Below are positions 54,396 through 55,740 of a stretch of DNA of 55,740 nt, in pieces. A program made the position numbers and the translations under genes. The notes beneath the pieces were generated by a model, which saw only the letters and a list, made by a program, of their open reading frames with translations, did not search any database and was not told where the DNA came from. Origin of the DNA: Candidatus Nanopelagicales bacterium (GTDB lineage Bacteria > Actinomycetota > Actinomycetes > S36-B12); the NCBI GenBank assembly GCA_030830865.1, contig JAURME010000017.1:1-55740 (forward strand), written 5' to 3'. How positions within the stretch are numbered: the stretch's first letter is position 1; each line of letters opens with the position of its first letter.

Positions 54396-55268
54396 TCAAC
54401 TGGTGATGTCCTTGCGGTCGAAGCGCAGGACGGCGGCGCTGATGAGGACGGCGAAGACGATCACCGCATAGGCGACGCCGATGGTCATCTGCTGCCAGTC
54501 GATGGTCGGTGCCAGAGCGTCGACCCAAGCCGTCGTGTATTCGCCGGGGAGAAGGCGCCGGACGTCACCGAGCGCCTCGATCGCGTCGAGGATGTTGACC
54601 ACGATGACGATGACCACCGCTGCGCCCACGGCGCCGAGGGGCACGTCGGTCAGGACGCTCATGAGGAACGCCAGCCCTGCCGGAATCAGCAGCATGACGA
54701 GGATGTAGCCAGCCACGATCAGAAGGCGCAGCCACGAACCGGTGACGTCGACGGAGCCGCCGAGGGGGCTGACCAGAGGATTGAGACCGAAGGCAAGTGC
54801 TCCGATCACCCACGATGCCAGCACGAGGATGGCGAGGGAGGCGGTGGTGAGGATCAGCCCGACGATGACTTTCGACCGCAGGAGCCGCCGGCGGGGGACC
54901 GGCGCGGCCAGCAGGTAGCGCAGTGTGGACCACGACGCTTCGCTGGCCACGCTGTCGCCGAGGAACATGGCGGCGAGGATCGTGAGGAGGAAGCCGGAGC
55001 CGAAGAACAGCATGGTCAGGGCGAAGTTCCAGGCGCCCCCGGTCGCGAGGCCGACCAGGTCGAGGTCTCCGTCGCCGAAACCTCCTCCTCCGGAGGAGGA
55101 CGGCCCGAGCAGCACTGCGAGGACCACGATGACCGGCAGGGCGATGCCGACCCCGAAGGCCACGAGCGTGCGTCGACGCCGCAGCTGCCGCACGAGTTCC
55201 ACCCTGACCGTCAGGGTCCGGTGCGGGTCGTAGCCCGAAGGGAGCGAGGGCGTGCCCTGCGTCGTCAT
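54396..55268 (-). CDS. ABC-2 type transporter permease
   Basis: Six TM helices; GDSVASEASWSTLRYLL..PV.R..LL..K; ends FDRKDITS. Confidence 0.9.
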   Translation of the reverse strand: MTTQGTPSLPSGYDPHRTLTVRVELVRQLRRRRTLVAFGVGIALPVIVVLAVLLGPSSSGGGGFGDGDLDLVGLATGGAWNFALTMLFFGSGFLLTILAAMFLGDSVASEASWSTLRYLLAAPVPRRRLLRSKVIVGLILTTASLAILVLASWVIGALAFGLNPLVSPLGGSVDVTGSWLRLLIVAGYILVMLLIPAGLAFLMSVLTDVPLGAVGAAVVIVIVVNILDAIEALGDVRRLLPGEYTTAWVDALAPTIDWQQMTIGVAYAVIVFAVLISAAVLRFDRKDITS

Positions 55269-55740
55269 GTCCTCACCTCACCGAGCGGCGTGTCGTCCGT
55301 GCGCCGCGTCACGACGTCGTGGCCCTCGCCGACGAGGTCGAGGAAGACGTCCTCGAGACGGCGTCCCCGATGCTCGGAGAGCAGGTCGGTGACGGTGCCC
55401 GCGGCGATGACGCGGCCTGCACCCATGACGATCACATGGCTGCAGGTCTGCTCCACCTCACTGAGCAGGTGCGACGAGACGATGACGGTGCGCCCCTCCT
55501 GCGCATAACTGCGGAGGGTCTCGCGCATCTGCTTGATCTGCGGCGGATCGAGGCCGTTCATCGGTTCGTCGAGGACGAGGAGGTCCGGCATGCCGAGCAT
55601 GGCCTGCGCAATGCCGAGCCGTTGCTTCATGCCCTGGCTGTAGGTGCGCACCCGGCGATCGATGGCCGGGCCGAGGCCGGCGATGTCGAGCACCTCCGCA
55701 TGGCGCGGATCGCCGCTGCGGCCGGAGGCGCGCCAGAACA
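55265..55740 (-). CDS. ABC transporter ATP-binding domain (3' part; start lies outside the window)
   Basis: YSQGMKQRLGIA signature, LLVLDEP Walker B, VSSHLL. Confidence 0.92.
   Translation of the reverse strand, partial: FWRASGRSGDPRHAEVLDIAGLGPAIDRRVRTYSQGMKQRLGIAQAMLGMPDLLVLDEPMNGLDPPQIKQMRETLRSYAQEGRTVIVSSHLLSEVEQTCSHVIVMGAGRVIAAGTVTDLLSEHRGRRLEDVFLDLVGEGHDVVTRRTDDTPLGEVRT

Noticed and set aside
1-55740. Prophage, IS, integrase, tRNA or rRNA genes
   Set aside because: None recognised; the window is densely coding and looks compositionally uniform by eye.

Overview
High-GC actinobacterial chromosomal segment. It follows the conserved actinomycete gene order from ctaE-qcrCAB through trpD, a Rv2191-like DEDD/GIY-YIG nuclease, an NlpC/P60 hydrolase, fadD15-like, glucokinase, plsC, pfkA, class II aroG and a PASTA kinase to metF and DUF3040. 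Accessory blocks lie within this backbone: (i) an ALDH7 / DUF1801 / FAD-oxidase operon plus ogt between aroG and the kinase; (ii) a split carotenoid cluster (crtE, crtI, crtB, two-subunit lycopene cyclase, cruF, glycosyltransferase, CrtD-like desaturase); (iii) a DNA-damage locus. The damage locus is the most interesting part. It is an operon of a DUF6504-like protein resembling a free-standing ImuB C-terminal domain, a SAV_6107-type HEPN protein, DnaE2 and a catalytically intact DinB, with no imuA/imuB in the window. Its promoter has both a PafBC-type (RecA-NDp) motif and a perfect LexA box, followed by a two-hairpin leader. The same PafBC-type motif precedes the Rv2191-like nuclease and an unannotated two-TM small protein. 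Two gene 3' ends (pfkA and the kinase) are locally duplicated, and many genes look leaderless. I saw no rRNA, tRNA, CRISPR array or transposase. All family calls come from recognising motifs by eye; no database search was run.
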